61,317 bases of DNA, from the IMG/VR virus record IMGVR_UViG_2061766007_000892; one strand, 5' to 3'. This document shows positions 17,976-27,593 of the stretch, piece after piece. The position numbers and the translations under genes were made by a program. This DNA comes from an uncultured virus (IMG/VR IMGVR_UViG_2061766007_000892). Its lineage: Duplodnaviria; Heunggongvirae; Uroviricota; Caudoviricetes. Within the stretch, counting starts at the first letter, position 1. Each line of letters opens with the position of its first letter. The notes under the pieces are model-generated. The model saw only the letters and a program-made list of their open reading frames with translations, ran no database searches and was not told where the DNA came from.

Positions 17976-18317
17976 CTAAATCTCCTTATATCCATAATGA
18001 GTAAGAAGTTGCCGCATATTTTCACGGCCGACTGGATTCATTGTATGAAGATGGAAACCTACAAGAGGAATATGATTTTCTACGATATACTTACAAATAT
18101 CATAACCAGATGGAGCAAGAGTGTCATCCATTTCATTACCTTCACCCAAATCGTGGTCAAGGTCTATAATTACATTGTTTATATCAGCCACACCCAACAT
18201 ATCAATGGTTTGCTGATAATCGCGGCAAATATAAGGAAGCCAATCATGACCAGCAAGATTTCGCTGATACCAAGTATCATCGTCACGAATATCATCTACA
18301 TAAATATAATAATTCAT
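17976..18317 (-). CDS. cyclic-phosphate-processing receiver-like (cREC) domain protein
   Basis: YVDDIR, IDLDHDLG, SGYDICKYI, HTMNPVGRENM. Confidence 0.75.
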   Translation of the reverse strand: MNYYIYVDDIRDDDTWYQRNLAGHDWLPYICRDYQQTIDMLGVADINNVIIDLDHDLGEGNEMDDTLAPSGYDICKYIVENHIPLVGFHLHTMNPVGRENMRQLLTHYGYKEI

Positions 18318-18520
18318 ATATCTATTCCAAACCAACTTTCTTCGCGCAGATAAGGACAGTTTTCAATATCACATTTTGGGACTTCAGGATTCATACGGCG
18401 CTTCTTCATGTCTGTTTCTTTACTTTTATAAAGTCTACATAGCCACCCATATTCGCAGCTATGATAGGAGAATAGACACTCACTTTTTTCTTTAGGTAAA
18501 CTCTCAACTATAATTCTCAT
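18314..18520 (-). CDS. hypothetical protein
   Basis: ORF with AGGAG RBS. Confidence 0.6.
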   Translation of the reverse strand: MRIIVESLPKEKSECLFSYHSCEYGWLCRLYKSKETDMKKRRMNPEVPKCDIENCPYLREESWFGIDI

Positions 18521-18531
18521 ATTTACTCCTT

Positions 18532-18789
18532 TTAAAATGCTATAATAAATTCTTNNNNNNNNNNNNNNNNNNNNNNNNNNNNNNNNNNNNNNNNNAATTC
18601 TTGATTGTCAGGAATATAAATGTGAACATAATCTCCTTCTCCATCAAAATCAATTCTTATGGCATCTAGCATTTCAATGCCATCTTTTTCTGGATTAGTA
18701 GAACCTGCTGCGATACAACATTCAATACAAGTGGGAATGCCTTCTAACACTGGTACCATACGTCCAATATCACCAAAGTACTTTGCCAT
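18532..18789 (-). CDS. hypothetical protein
   Basis: ORF with own promoter and RBS. Confidence 0.55.
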   Translation of the reverse strand: MAKYFGDIGRMVPVLEGIPTCIECCIAAGSTNPEKDGIEMLDAIRIDFDGEGDYVHIYIPDNQEXXXXXXXXXXXXXXXEFIIAF

Positions 18790-18866
18790 AATTTTATTTC
18801 CTTTCCTTTTCTATAAATATTATACTACAAATTTCATTTTTAGTCAAGAAAAAAGAAGATGAATTT

Positions 18867-19778
18867 TCATTCATCTTCTTCTTTCACTAAATATTCATCA
18901 CTAAATAACATTTCAAGAGTAATATTATCACGTTCCCAATATGGAATGCGAACGAGAGGAATGTTGTGAGAGAGGGCGTATTGATTTTTTTCTTTATCTG
19001 TATAAAGTTGTTGTTTGTATTTCTCTTCAGTGTTCCAACCACTTGTAAAATAATAGTGTTGTTCTCCGTCAAACTCAATTAAGCGAATTATATTATTATC
19101 TTTGTTTAATATAGCAAAATCATATTTATAATTTTTGTTATTTATATTTACTGAATANNNNNNNNNNNNNNNNNNNNNNNNTAAATTAATGTTCATATTG
19201 CCTATAGATCTAATACAACCACAAGATTTAGTATTTCCATTTATAAGATGGCTTCCTTCTATATCACATTCATTGCCGCAATCACACTTACAATGCCACA
19301 TAGAATGACCTCTAGAATCATTTTCAATACGATATAATACTATTAATTTATTAAAACGTTTTCCTTCTAATTCTAATGGCGTAATATTATATTTTTTAAT
19401 ATGCTTTGTTAATAAACATCCACAAGATTTAACTTGTCCTCGTTGTAAATCAATTCCTCTCACACTCGTAGTATTACCACATTCACATTGACAAATCCAA
19501 TAATTATTTTTTCTAATATTATCTTTTTCTAAAACTGTAAGCTTATTAAATTTTTGGCCCGTTAAATCTTTAATATTACTTTGGGATGCTCGCTCTTTTT
19601 GATAGCATCCACAAGATTTAGTTCGGCCATTTCTTAAATGTTCACCTTTTATAATACATGTGTTTCCACATTCGCAAATACAGGGCCAATACCAACTTTT
19701 ATTTCGTTTTTCTGGAACCGCATTTTCTAGAACAGTTAATCTATTCCATTTGGTTCCACGCATATCAATTCCTTTCAT
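18867..19778 (-). CDS. homing-type endonuclease: three G.KFN.LTV/W.C.C.CG/SCGC repeats plus Vsr/DUF559-like nuclease
   Basis: Repeats followed by YDFA...IEFDGEQH...LVRIPYW. Confidence 0.8.
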   Translation of the reverse strand: MKGIDMRGTKWNRLTVLENAVPEKRNKSWYWPCICECGNTCIIKGEHLRNGRTKSCGCYQKERASQSNIKDLTGQKFNKLTVLEKDNIRKNNYWICQCECGNTTSVRGIDLQRGQVKSCGCLLTKHIKKYNITPLELEGKRFNKLIVLYRIENDSRGHSMWHCKCDCGNECDIEGSHLINGNTKSCGCIRSIGNMNINLXXXXXXXXYSVNINNKNYKYDFAILNKDNNIIRLIEFDGEQHYYFTSGWNTEEKYKQQLYTDKEKNQYALSHNIPLVRIPYWERDNITLEMLFSDEYLVKEEDE

Positions 19779-19813
19779 TTTATCACCCTAAAAAGTGAGA
19801 TGAATTAATCATC

Positions 19814-21331
19814 TCACTTAATATTCTTATATCTCTCACTATTTAATTTATCCATCATAAGTGAGTATCCCGATTTTCCAGACATGACCATTTCAAAGAT
19901 TACTGGAGAACACCCAGATACATTTGTAACGTCAGGACCCACATCTAGAATAGTGGAATTTTTAGCATTTACGTTCCAGAAAATTAAGGAAGGCATTTTA
20001 TAACCATTCTGTGCGAACTTTTCTCGCATTTTATCCATAAACGTAAAAGTATTACCATTATGAGAATAATAGCCCTGTGCTGCATCCACTTGCATATCTG
20101 AAATTACCACAATACTTTCTGGCATATCTGTCTGAGTAAGATGGTAATTACGTGCAGTTCTCAAGACTAATTCAAATACGTCTTGAAAATTGGTATTCTC
20201 GCAAAGATTCGTCTTTACGATACGATCAACCTTATCGCAGAAATCTACTCCATGAGTCTCAATAAACTTCGCCGTGCGGCTGAAGCTGATATAAGAATTC
20301 GCGAAAGGCCCTTTATTACGCTCTGCGGCATAAAGAGCAAGAGAAACTGCGACATCAATGGGAGCAACGCTACCAGCGCCTGAACACATACTTCCGCTTG
20401 TATCGGCGACAACAAGGGCATTTAGGGACATGCCATGGAAGTAATCAGTTAGATTCTCCCAATACTTGTTAATCATCAGACGGTCGGTGTTGTCAAGGGC
20501 GACATTACTGCCACGGCCATACCAGCTATAGTCTGAGCCCATAAGCTTAATGGCCTTAGCAACCACATCATAAGGATATAGTGCGGCTGCATTAACCTTG
20601 GTAGAGGTATTCTTAGCAAACGCTTCATACTTCGCCTTGATTAGATCACGGCGAGCAAAGGCGTTCTTATAAATCAGGCCAGCACGAGAAGGAATCTTGT
20701 CAAATTCAATCTCATTCCACCGATTTGCAGACATAAGACGCTCTAGCACACGAATACGCTCACGAAGGTTAGAAAGCAGTACACGGTACTGACGAGAAGT
20801 TAGGCCCATGGTGTGGGCAGTTAGACGTCCATAACGCTTAGTCTTGGCAGAAGAAGCGTTCTCGGAAGCCGCCCACTTACCGGCAAGGGAAATAGCACCC
20901 TTGGTCTTGTAATCAAGGGCAAGCTGCTTGCCAAGAGCATAGAGAGCCTCATGCTCGCAGGAAGTCCCTACGAGAGCGTATAGGTCATCCCAGCGGCCAT
21001 ACTCGGCAATCTGGTCAAGATTGCGCAGTACGGCATTGCGGTCATAATCCGCAAGCCAATGCAGACAAGTGCGGAAAAAACGACGCTCGCCCTGTCCGCC
21101 GCGAATGTCACGAATATAGAATAGGCACTTTAGGGCATACATAGGACTCTCCTGATATGCCTCCTTGAATAGAAGCACGCAGTCGCTCTCGGTGCGCTGA
21201 CGATAAGCCGCACCGAAAGAGAATAGGTCGTATAGCTTAGAGCTAGTCGTGGTGCGCGCGACAGCACCATTCTCGGTGGTCTTGTAGGTGTTCTGAGAAG
21301 CCATAGCATTGTAAAGACGATTCATAGACAT
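19814..21331 (-). CDS. TROVE-like/vWA protein (DUF2828, Ro60-related)
   Basis: TENGA, RDIRGGQGER, EYGRWDDL, LAGKW, MIDAS DTSGSM, ISDMQ, FWNVN, VSGCSP. Confidence 0.85.
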   Translation of the reverse strand: MSMNRLYNAMASQNTYKTTENGAVARTTTSSKLYDLFSFGAAYRQRTESDCVLLFKEAYQESPMYALKCLFYIRDIRGGQGERRFFRTCLHWLADYDRNAVLRNLDQIAEYGRWDDLYALVGTSCEHEALYALGKQLALDYKTKGAISLAGKWAASENASSAKTKRYGRLTAHTMGLTSRQYRVLLSNLRERIRVLERLMSANRWNEIEFDKIPSRAGLIYKNAFARRDLIKAKYEAFAKNTSTKVNAAALYPYDVVAKAIKLMGSDYSWYGRGSNVALDNTDRLMINKYWENLTDYFHGMSLNALVVADTSGSMCSGAGSVAPIDVAVSLALYAAERNKGPFANSYISFSRTAKFIETHGVDFCDKVDRIVKTNLCENTNFQDVFELVLRTARNYHLTQTDMPESIVVISDMQVDAAQGYYSHNGNTFTFMDKMREKFAQNGYKMPSLIFWNVNAKNSTILDVGPDVTNVSGCSPVIFEMVMSGKSGYSLMMDKLNSERYKNIK

Positions 21332-21395
21332 AATTTATTTTCTCCTTTTCATTTGGTCAGCCCTGGACTAGGGCTCGTTTCTTTCTTACAATATT

Positions 21396-21424
21396 ATTAT
21401 AGCAGAATTTTGAGTAAAAGTCAA
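21396..21424 (-). promoter_or_regulatory. sigma-A promoter for TROVE-like gene
   Basis: TTGACT-17-TATAAT. Confidence 0.8.
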
Positions 21425-21425
21425 A

Positions 21426-21623
21426 TTATTTGTGATAGAATTTCCACATTCGTTTCTTTAAATGATTTAATTCACGCGAGGTAGCCAAATTTACAATTTC
21501 TGATTTCACTATTGTATCTGATGATATGATAGGAGCAGAATTTATCATTTCTTTCAACTCTTCATTAGTAATATCAGGAAGTTCTTCTGTCTTTTTCTTT
21601 CCAAAAATAAACGGTAGTCCCAT
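21426..21623 (-). CDS. hypothetical protein
   Basis: 65-aa ORF with RBS. Confidence 0.55.
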   Translation of the reverse strand: MGLPFIFGKKKTEELPDITNEELKEMINSAPIISSDTIVKSEIVNLATSRELNHLKKRMWKFYHK

Positions 21624-21632
21624 ATTTTCTCC

Positions 21633-22176
21633 TTATAGCATAGCAATACATTCGTTTGCTTTTGCTTCAATATCTGAAATAATTTCATCAAAGGATACTG
21701 GCGCATTGTTATGTGCGTCAAGTGCTACATTATACATAAAAGGAATGTCTTGATAAAACTTATTTTTTGAATGAGTATGGCCATGAAGATTTATTAGATG
21801 TTGCTTCAAAGGTGCCATATTTTCAAGATAGGAAGTCATAGTTGGATAGTGGGAAAGATAGAAATTAAAACCATTTATCTTTTGAACCGCGGCCCAACTA
21901 GTATGAAAATCACCACTTAAAGGAATCATATTAGTATTCTTATATAATTCACAACGGCTATCAGTGCAATGATTTCCGCGAATATAATAAATTTTTCCTT
22001 GGAGTTGATTTAATAATTTTATACCGCCTTCATTATTGTTTAACATTAAATCTCCTAATAGATAAATAGTGTCGGTATTTTTAATAGATTTATTCCAATT
22101 TTGTATGATAATNNNNNNNNNNNNNNNNNNNNNNNNNNNNNNNNNNNNNNNNNNNNNNNNNNNNCCAAATTGTCAT
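21633..22176 (-). CDS. calcineurin-like metallophosphoesterase (gap in N-terminus)
   Basis: MTIW..(gap)..QNWNKSI..IYLLGDL, RGNH, LSHYP, LHGHTH. Confidence 0.8.
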
Positions 22177-22807
22177 CAGGTTCTATCTCCTTCCAATGAT
22201 AGTTATATGCTTTTTCTGTTATTCCATTTAAGCATCTTCTAATATTACCATTAGTTTTTTTATTAAAATATTTGTCAATATCACGCATTCTTTTAAAAAT
22301 TAAATTTTTCTCCACTAATAAAATCCAATTAGTATGCTTTGTTCTCGTTTTACTCTTTTTTAATTTAGAATAATCTATATTTTTAGAAGTTAATGCTGTA
22401 TAAACTACTTGGTCATAGATTTTAAAATATGTACATGTATCTTTTATTGAGTTATTATGAGAAAGAAAATAATCAACAATTATATCATAATCATATTTTT
22501 GATGGCCAAAGCCTCCCAATGAGGCATTATACCCATTCTTATAACTATCATAATATTCAATCCAATATTTTTCTCTTTCATTTAATAGTTCATTAGGACA
22601 TTCTTCTATTAAAGTAATAATAAAATTATCTTTACCATATAATCTTATAGCATTATGTAATGGTAAATGATAGTCTTTATGAAATTGTGTAGTTGCTGCT
22701 CTTACATGATCGTCCCAACGAGTACTAATTGCTCTAATTGTTTGACCAATATAAACAGTTCCATTTATTTTATTTTCAACTTTGTAAATTCTACCCATAA
22801 TAATCAC
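22165..22807 (-). CDS. GIY-YIG homing endonuclease (stop in gap)
   Basis: GRIYKVEN..VYIGQT..RW..H, LNEREKYWI, GYN. Confidence 0.88.
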
Positions 22808-23001
22808 TCCATAACTGCAAAAAGTTCTTTTGCTATTTCTTTTAGGGTGAGATTTAATAATTCTTCATTTTTATGAGTAATACCTTTTTGCCCTTTTACC
22901 CATTTAGTTAATGTAGAAGCATCTACATTCATTCGTTTTGAGATATAAGCTATTGATACTCCTCGTTCAGAAAAATAAATAAGTTTTTCTTTTACTGTCA
23001 T
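22804..23001 (-). CDS. XRE-type helix-turn-helix protein
   Basis: SIAYISKRMNVDASTLTKWVKG. Confidence 0.7.
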   Translation of the reverse strand: MTVKEKLIYFSERGVSIAYISKRMNVDASTLTKWVKGQKGITHKNEELLNLTLKEIAKELFAVME

Positions 23002-23079
23002 ATTCTCACTCCTTTCATATTATAAGTGATTATTCTGCCAGAAAAAACAGATTTTTTCTCCCAGAAAAAAAGATTTTTG

Positions 23080-23265
23080 CTAATTTTCTTTTCCTTTCGG
23101 CTCAATATAGGTATCCCAAATATATTGTAAAACTTTTTGTTGTGCTCCTTTACAACCATATTTCATACGATAAATAACATCTATTGGAGCCTTTCCAAAG
23201 AAAACACGATAAGCATAATCATATACATCTTTCATCGCGTCATATAGATTATCATCCCAAATCAA
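23080..23265 (-). CDS. hypothetical protein
   Basis: ORF track. Confidence 0.5.
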   Translation of the reverse strand: MIWDDNLYDAMKDVYDYAYRVFFGKAPIDVIYRMKYGCKGAQQKVLQYIWDTYIEPKGKEN

Positions 23266-23814
23266 TTAAAAAGCCTCCCATCCCACGACTTCACAAACAC
23301 CACCAAGTTCCTTGCACCTATCATACCACTTTGCGCCGGCCTCACGAATTGCCTTTGCCTTGCACTGATTACAAAAGCAATCACAAGTGGTGCCCAATCC
23401 AGTAGGATAAAAAGTGTATGAGAAGCCGCCGCCAGATGCTCCATGATAACCTTCTGGATTAGAATGAACTTCTGAATCATGCTTGCGTTGCCAATCATAG
23501 GAGCGGTTTCGTTCTTCTTCAGTCAGTGGAAAACCATAGCTTCGTTCACGAATCGCACGTTCCATTTTTAGCTTCATTTCCATGAGTTCATTGTCTTTCC
23601 ACTTTTCATCATAGATTTCATTGAAGCGCTTCTGTAGACGATTATTATCATTTTCCAATGACAAAAGTGTTTTCCTTAAATCTTCAATTTTAGCTTCAAT
23701 AGCATTTATATCGCGCGAATGAAAAAAATTACGAATAATATTATCTACTTCTGACTCTGGAATATGAATATCTTCTGCTTTAATTTCAAGAGAACCATCG
23801 TTATGTGTTATCAT
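23266..23814 (-). CDS. hypothetical protein
   Basis: Start MITHND after AAGGAG; GASGGGFSYTFYPTGLG motif. Confidence 0.65.
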   Translation of the reverse strand: MITHNDGSLEIKAEDIHIPESEVDNIIRNFFHSRDINAIEAKIEDLRKTLLSLENDNNRLQKRFNEIYDEKWKDNELMEMKLKMERAIRERSYGFPLTEEERNRSYDWQRKHDSEVHSNPEGYHGASGGGFSYTFYPTGLGTTCDCFCNQCKAKAIREAGAKWYDRCKELGGVCEVVGWEAF

Positions 23815-23951
23815 TTTCTTTCTCCTTTTCCAATACCGCAACCAAATCAGGAAAAAGTTCTTCAAATTTTTCACCATCTGATTCAGTCATTGTTAGTCGT
23901 ATTCCATAATTTTCCATCACAAATCTTATAAAATCGTGTGCTAGTTGTTTA

Positions 23952-24413
23952 TTATTCATGTTCCTCCATGATTTTTGCTGTATTGAGCAATATCTGTGTC
24001 AATTGATTACTAATACCAAAGCGTTTGGCATTAATTTCTATGCTTTTTAAAAGATTTCCATTATTATGACGTTCACTTGAAGCCTTCCAGTCAGCCATCA
24101 GTTCTACTAAATCAATCAAGTTCATATCATTAATGCCATTAGGGAAATGCTCTGGATGATGGCGATAAGTAGCATAATGATGTTCTAATGCTGGTTTTAA
24201 ATCTTCTAATGCTTGTTTATACTCATTAGAACCATATTCTAATGTAGCTAATTGTTCAGTATGTTCTGCGAACAATTCTACTTCTGGGCTTTCAAGTTTT
24301 GCCGCGTCATGCTCTACTCCACGGGTTGTCAATTTATCAGTAAAAAAGCGGATATACTTACGCACCTTTTCTATGTGCTTTTGAGTTTCCACTCTGCATT
24401 TATCAAGTGTCAT
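23952..24413 (-). CDS. HD-like (DUF5662-type) protein
   Basis: HI..V, HDAAK, HHY...HHPEHF, ELMADW. Confidence 0.7.
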   Translation of the reverse strand: MTLDKCRVETQKHIEKVRKYIRFFTDKLTTRGVEHDAAKLESPEVELFAEHTEQLATLEYGSNEYKQALEDLKPALEHHYATYRHHPEHFPNGINDMNLIDLVELMADWKASSERHNNGNLLKSIEINAKRFGISNQLTQILLNTAKIMEEHE

Positions 24414-24468
24414 ATTTCTTCCTCCTTGTAATTATATTATACTATAATTTCCACTAGAAGTCAAATAG

Positions 24469-24494
24469 AAAAAACGCACGGTTTCCCGTGCGTT
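24469..24494 (-). terminator. intrinsic terminator
   Basis: AACGCACGG-GAAA-CCGTGCGTT followed by T run. Confidence 0.75.
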
Positions 24495-24507
24495 ATAAGT
24501 ATTTATA

Positions 24508-25482
24508 TTAATTCGTAGTTTCAGTAGTTTCGCCCATATTTAAGATGGGAATAGTGGAACTGCCGCCAACAAATTGTGGAAGTTCTCCATTCCAACGCTG
24601 GACTTGACGATAATTTACAAGTTCTTCAGTTAGAGACTTATTAATTTTTTCATTGGCTTCTGCTTCTGCGGCAGCCTTAACTTGTGTAGAATATGCGTCT
24701 GCATCTGCTTGCACCTTAGCTACTTCTGCCGCGGCTTCTGCTTCAATCTTCTTACGCTTTGCAGCCTGTTCTGCTTCCATAGTAGCTTGTTCCTGCTGGG
24801 TCTGAGCACGCTGCTTTTCTTGTGTAGCAACTTGCTTGGCTTCTACGGCATTAGTAAAAGCGTCTGTAAAATCAATATTTTCAATAGATACAGAAATGAT
24901 ATTAATGCCTTGTGGTTCCAAATCTCCCTTTAATGAATCATAAATTTCATTTGATAGTCGTTGTCTATGAGAAATTAGACCTTCTGCTGTATATTTAGCA
25001 AAGGTAGCCTTTAGTACTTCTTGTGCACGAGGAGCGATTAAAATACTATCGTACTTTGTGCCGACTTCCTTATAAAGGCGCATAGCAGTGGTCTTATCAA
25101 TAGAATAATTAATAGAACCTGTTACTTGTACTTCCTGAATATCCGCAGAAAATGCTTCCATTTGGAACTGAGCACGTTGTTCACGATTATCCATTTCAAT
25201 TACTCGTACAAAGGGTGACTTAAAATGTAATCCCGCTTCATAAGTATAGTCTTGAACTTGATTAAATTTAGTTACAATTCCAGTATAACCTGTATGGACT
25301 GTTGCTATACAAGACGAGGCCACACATAAAACTGCAAGTATTACACTAATAATGCGTAGCAATGTTCGTTGTGAAGCGTGACTTACTTTGTCACCGTTTC
25401 TCTTTGCTCTGTCCTTGAATACTGTTGAAGCTACGACAAAACCAACTACAAGAACAACTAAACCAAAAAAAATACCTACCAT
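24508..25482 (-). CDS. SPFH/prohibitin family membrane protein
   Basis: Two TM helices, GLHFKSPF, AVEAKQVA, coiled coil, WNGELP. Confidence 0.9.
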   Translation of the reverse strand: MVGIFFGLVVLVVGFVVASTVFKDRAKRNGDKVSHASQRTLLRIISVILAVLCVASSCIATVHTGYTGIVTKFNQVQDYTYEAGLHFKSPFVRVIEMDNREQRAQFQMEAFSADIQEVQVTGSINYSIDKTTAMRLYKEVGTKYDSILIAPRAQEVLKATFAKYTAEGLISHRQRLSNEIYDSLKGDLEPQGINIISVSIENIDFTDAFTNAVEAKQVATQEKQRAQTQQEQATMEAEQAAKRKKIEAEAAAEVAKVQADADAYSTQVKAAAEAEANEKINKSLTEELVNYRQVQRWNGELPQFVGGSSTIPILNMGETTETTN

Positions 25483-25511
25483 TTTTCTTTTCTCCTTTAA
25501 CTCATTTTTAT

Positions 25512-25587
25512 TGGAGCGTCCTAGCGGTGCTGCCCCGCTTAACAATGGTTTTGCAGACCACGCCGTTTGCTGATTCGGTAAGGACGC
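25512..25587 (-). tRNA. tRNA-Cys(GCA), atypical T loop GGCAGCA
   Basis: GTGGT-CTGCAAA-ACCAT; AGCGG-GGCAGCA-CCGCT; U73-CCA. Confidence 0.88.
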
Positions 25588-25765
25588 TTATTATCTACTA
25601 AAATCCTCCAAAAAAGTCATAAAAGACATCATCCACGCGCAACCATAAACTACCCAAAATTGCCAAGTATTAATTTTAAAACCGTTACTAAACATTACTA
25701 CTGTAAGAATGGTTCCAAAAGTAAGACGGCCAAATTTATACTTATTCATTATATTCTCCTTATAT

Positions 25766-25840
25766 TGGTGGAGCCTCGCGGTACTGCCCTTTGTTTTCTC
25801 GGCCCTTGCTTTCCGAGCGTGTTCTTTACACTATGGCCCC
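25766..25840 (-). tRNA. aberrant tRNA-Ala-like RNA (G3-U70, 10-nt anticodon loop, broken T stem)
   Basis: GGGGCCA/AGGCTCC-ACCA; CTCGG-AAAGCAAGGG-CCGAG; T loop GGCAGTA. Confidence 0.6.
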
Positions 25841-25844
25841 ATGT

Positions 25845-25928
25845 TGGTCGATCCCCTGGGACTCGAACCCAGGACACACGGCTNNNNNNNNNNNNNNNNN
25901 NNNNNNNNNNNNNNNNNNNNNNNGATCG
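25845..25928 (-). tRNA. tRNA, anticodon in gap
   Basis: CGATC.../CTGGG-TTCGAGT-CCCAG-GGGATCG-ACCA. Confidence 0.8.
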
Positions 25929-25929
25929 G

Positions 25930-26372
25930 TATAAATCTCGCGGTTTCTTCTCCTATCGGCATCTTCCGGGCCTCAATCCATCCGAGCCTCCACTTGATTT
26001 CGCCGCGAGGGACATTGTAAAGGAGTAAACATTCGCGTTATGTATACTCCAAGAAACATTTGTGTATCATTTGCTCTTATTGGTAGATACTCTCCATCCG
26101 AGACCTCACCGCCTATTATTCACGCACGGACTCGTGGCCACCACTAACGAGGACGACTTCCGCTAGACTTCGCAGATTTTCTGCTACTAATTTAACGATA
26201 AATCTAGTTACCGAGCGAATCTTGTGTGTATTCCGGACTACCTTGACGGGGCAAGAGAACTCCCGGCATTTATATACTGTAAATACATAGTATAAGCTCT
26301 ACTATTCTCATACTATTAGCTGCAACAGGCCCTTTTCCCTTTCGCGATTAAGGAGGATTACAGGGTGAACCT
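25930..26372 (-). ncRNA. ORF-free structured spacer RNA(s)
   Basis: CTCGCGG/CCGCGAG, CTAGA/TCTAG, CTCGT/ACGAG stems. Confidence 0.4.
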
Positions 26373-26375
26373 TAT

Positions 26376-26453
26376 TGGTCGTTCTGGCTGGATTTGAACC
26401 AGCGACTTCCATCTTATCAGGATGGCACTCTATACCAACTGAGTTACAGAACG
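26376..26453 (-). tRNA. tRNA-Ile(GAT)
   Basis: Loop CTGATAA, ACCA. Confidence 0.93.
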
Positions 26454-26454
26454 A

Positions 26455-26528
26455 TGGGGCCAAATATTAGAATTGAACTAATAATGGAAGTTTACGAAAC
26501 TTCTGTTTTACCATTAAACTAATTTGGC
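26455..26528 (-). tRNA. tRNA-Thr(CGT)
   Basis: GAAGT-TTCGTAA-ACTTC. Confidence 0.9.
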
Positions 26529-26529
26529 A

Positions 26530-27343
26530 TGGCAGGAGTTGAAGGATTTGAACCTTCACCAACGGTTTCCATCTAAAATGCTTTAAAGTAAATTCCATTC
26601 CTTATCTGTATATTTTTTTATTTCTCCTGTTTTACGAGGAAGATTATATTTATCACACCATTTACGAACGGCATTATCACTAACACCAAATTGTTTTCCA
26701 ATTTGAGTAAATGGAATTTCTCTAATTAATTGTTTCAACACAAAACGTTCCGGAATATTTTTACTTTTTTCTTTATTTCTACAAGATAAACATTTTATTG
26801 CTCCATAAGAAATTTCACATCCGCAATCTTCACAGTAATATTTACCTGTATGACTAGAATTATATAATTCTTCATCTGCTAATCGTTCATATCCACTTAA
26901 AATATTGGAAATTAAATAAGTATCATCATCAAATTTTATTGTTTTAATTAAAGACGTTTCATCTACTGGTATTAAATATACTTTATCTTTCCATACTGTA
27001 GCGAAATAATCAATTTCTTCGTTGGTATATTTATGTTTAGCTTTTGTAGAACTTCTTACATTTTGTGTAGTGCAAGGAAAAGAAAAAGATGAATTAGAAT
27101 TACTAATAGATTTTTTAATTTGTATACGAAGTAGTTCTCTTCCTGTATCTACAATTAAATCGTACTTTGATGCATTATATGAAGGAATAGAAATATCAAA
27201 TCCATATCGTAGTAATTCTTCTTGTACTTTTAATTCAATAATTTGCCCTTTAATTAAATTCTCATTAAGCATGTTTCACCATTATGGAATTAAATTAAAG
27301 TTTTCAGATGGAGACCAGTATGCTGCCATTACACCAAACTCCT
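26530..27343 (-). tRNA. tRNA-Trp(CCA) split by a 740-nt intron (26569-27308) after the anticodon
   Basis: 5' exon AGGAGTT-TG-GTGTAATGGCAGCAT-ACTGGT-CTCCA; 3' exon AAACCGT-TGGT-GAAGG-TTCAAAT-CCTTC-AACTCCT-GCCA. Confidence 0.88.
26583..27272 (-). CDS. intron-encoded PD-(D/E)XK homing endonuclease (I-Ssp6803I-like) with C-terminal Zn ribbon/HTH
   Basis: KGQIIELKV, YDLIVD..RIQIKK, Y...IDYFA; CEDCG..CLSC; IGKQFGVSDNAVRKWC. Confidence 0.85.
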   Translation of the reverse strand: MLNENLIKGQIIELKVQEELLRYGFDISIPSYNASKYDLIVDTGRELLRIQIKKSISNSNSSFSFPCTTQNVRSSTKAKHKYTNEEIDYFATVWKDKVYLIPVDETSLIKTIKFDDDTYLISNILSGYERLADEELYNSSHTGKYYCEDCGCEISYGAIKCLSCRNKEKSKNIPERFVLKQLIREIPFTQIGKQFGVSDNAVRKWCDKYNLPRKTGEIKKYTDKEWNLL

Positions 27344-27347
27344 AAAT

Positions 27348-27411
27348 CTAGACACAATCTAATTTCAACTATATTGCGCTAAAAGTAGAAAAAGTTGCTG
27401 TGTGTGTCTAG
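27348..27411 (-). ncRNA. Y-RNA-like copy 6
   Basis: CTAGACACAC-ACAGCAACT...TGTGTCTAG. Confidence 0.7.
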
Positions 27412-27413
27412 TG

Positions 27414-27488
27414 TGGCGTGCGATAGAGGATTTGAACCCCTATGCCGTAGTCCGTAGCCACGTATCCTCTCCGTTAGATGAATCGCAC
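27414..27488 (-). tRNA. tRNA-Arg(ACG)
   Basis: Loop CTACGGA, GCCA. Confidence 0.9.
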
Positions 27489-27593
27489 ACGCGTCCTATT
27501 TTTGTTAGCTTTACTTGTGGAAATAGGAAACACACAAGGCACTGTACAGTTCATGACGCTGCTTTGGGCTTGGTGCCGTGCTTTCGTACCGCC

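Noticed and set aside
25766..25840. tmRNA
   Set aside because: Has an Ala acceptor but is only 75 nt, with a paired D stem and no tag ORF.
26569..27308. Group I intron
   Set aside because: Only 36 and 14 non-coding nt flank the ORF, and no P7 or other core elements are recognisable.
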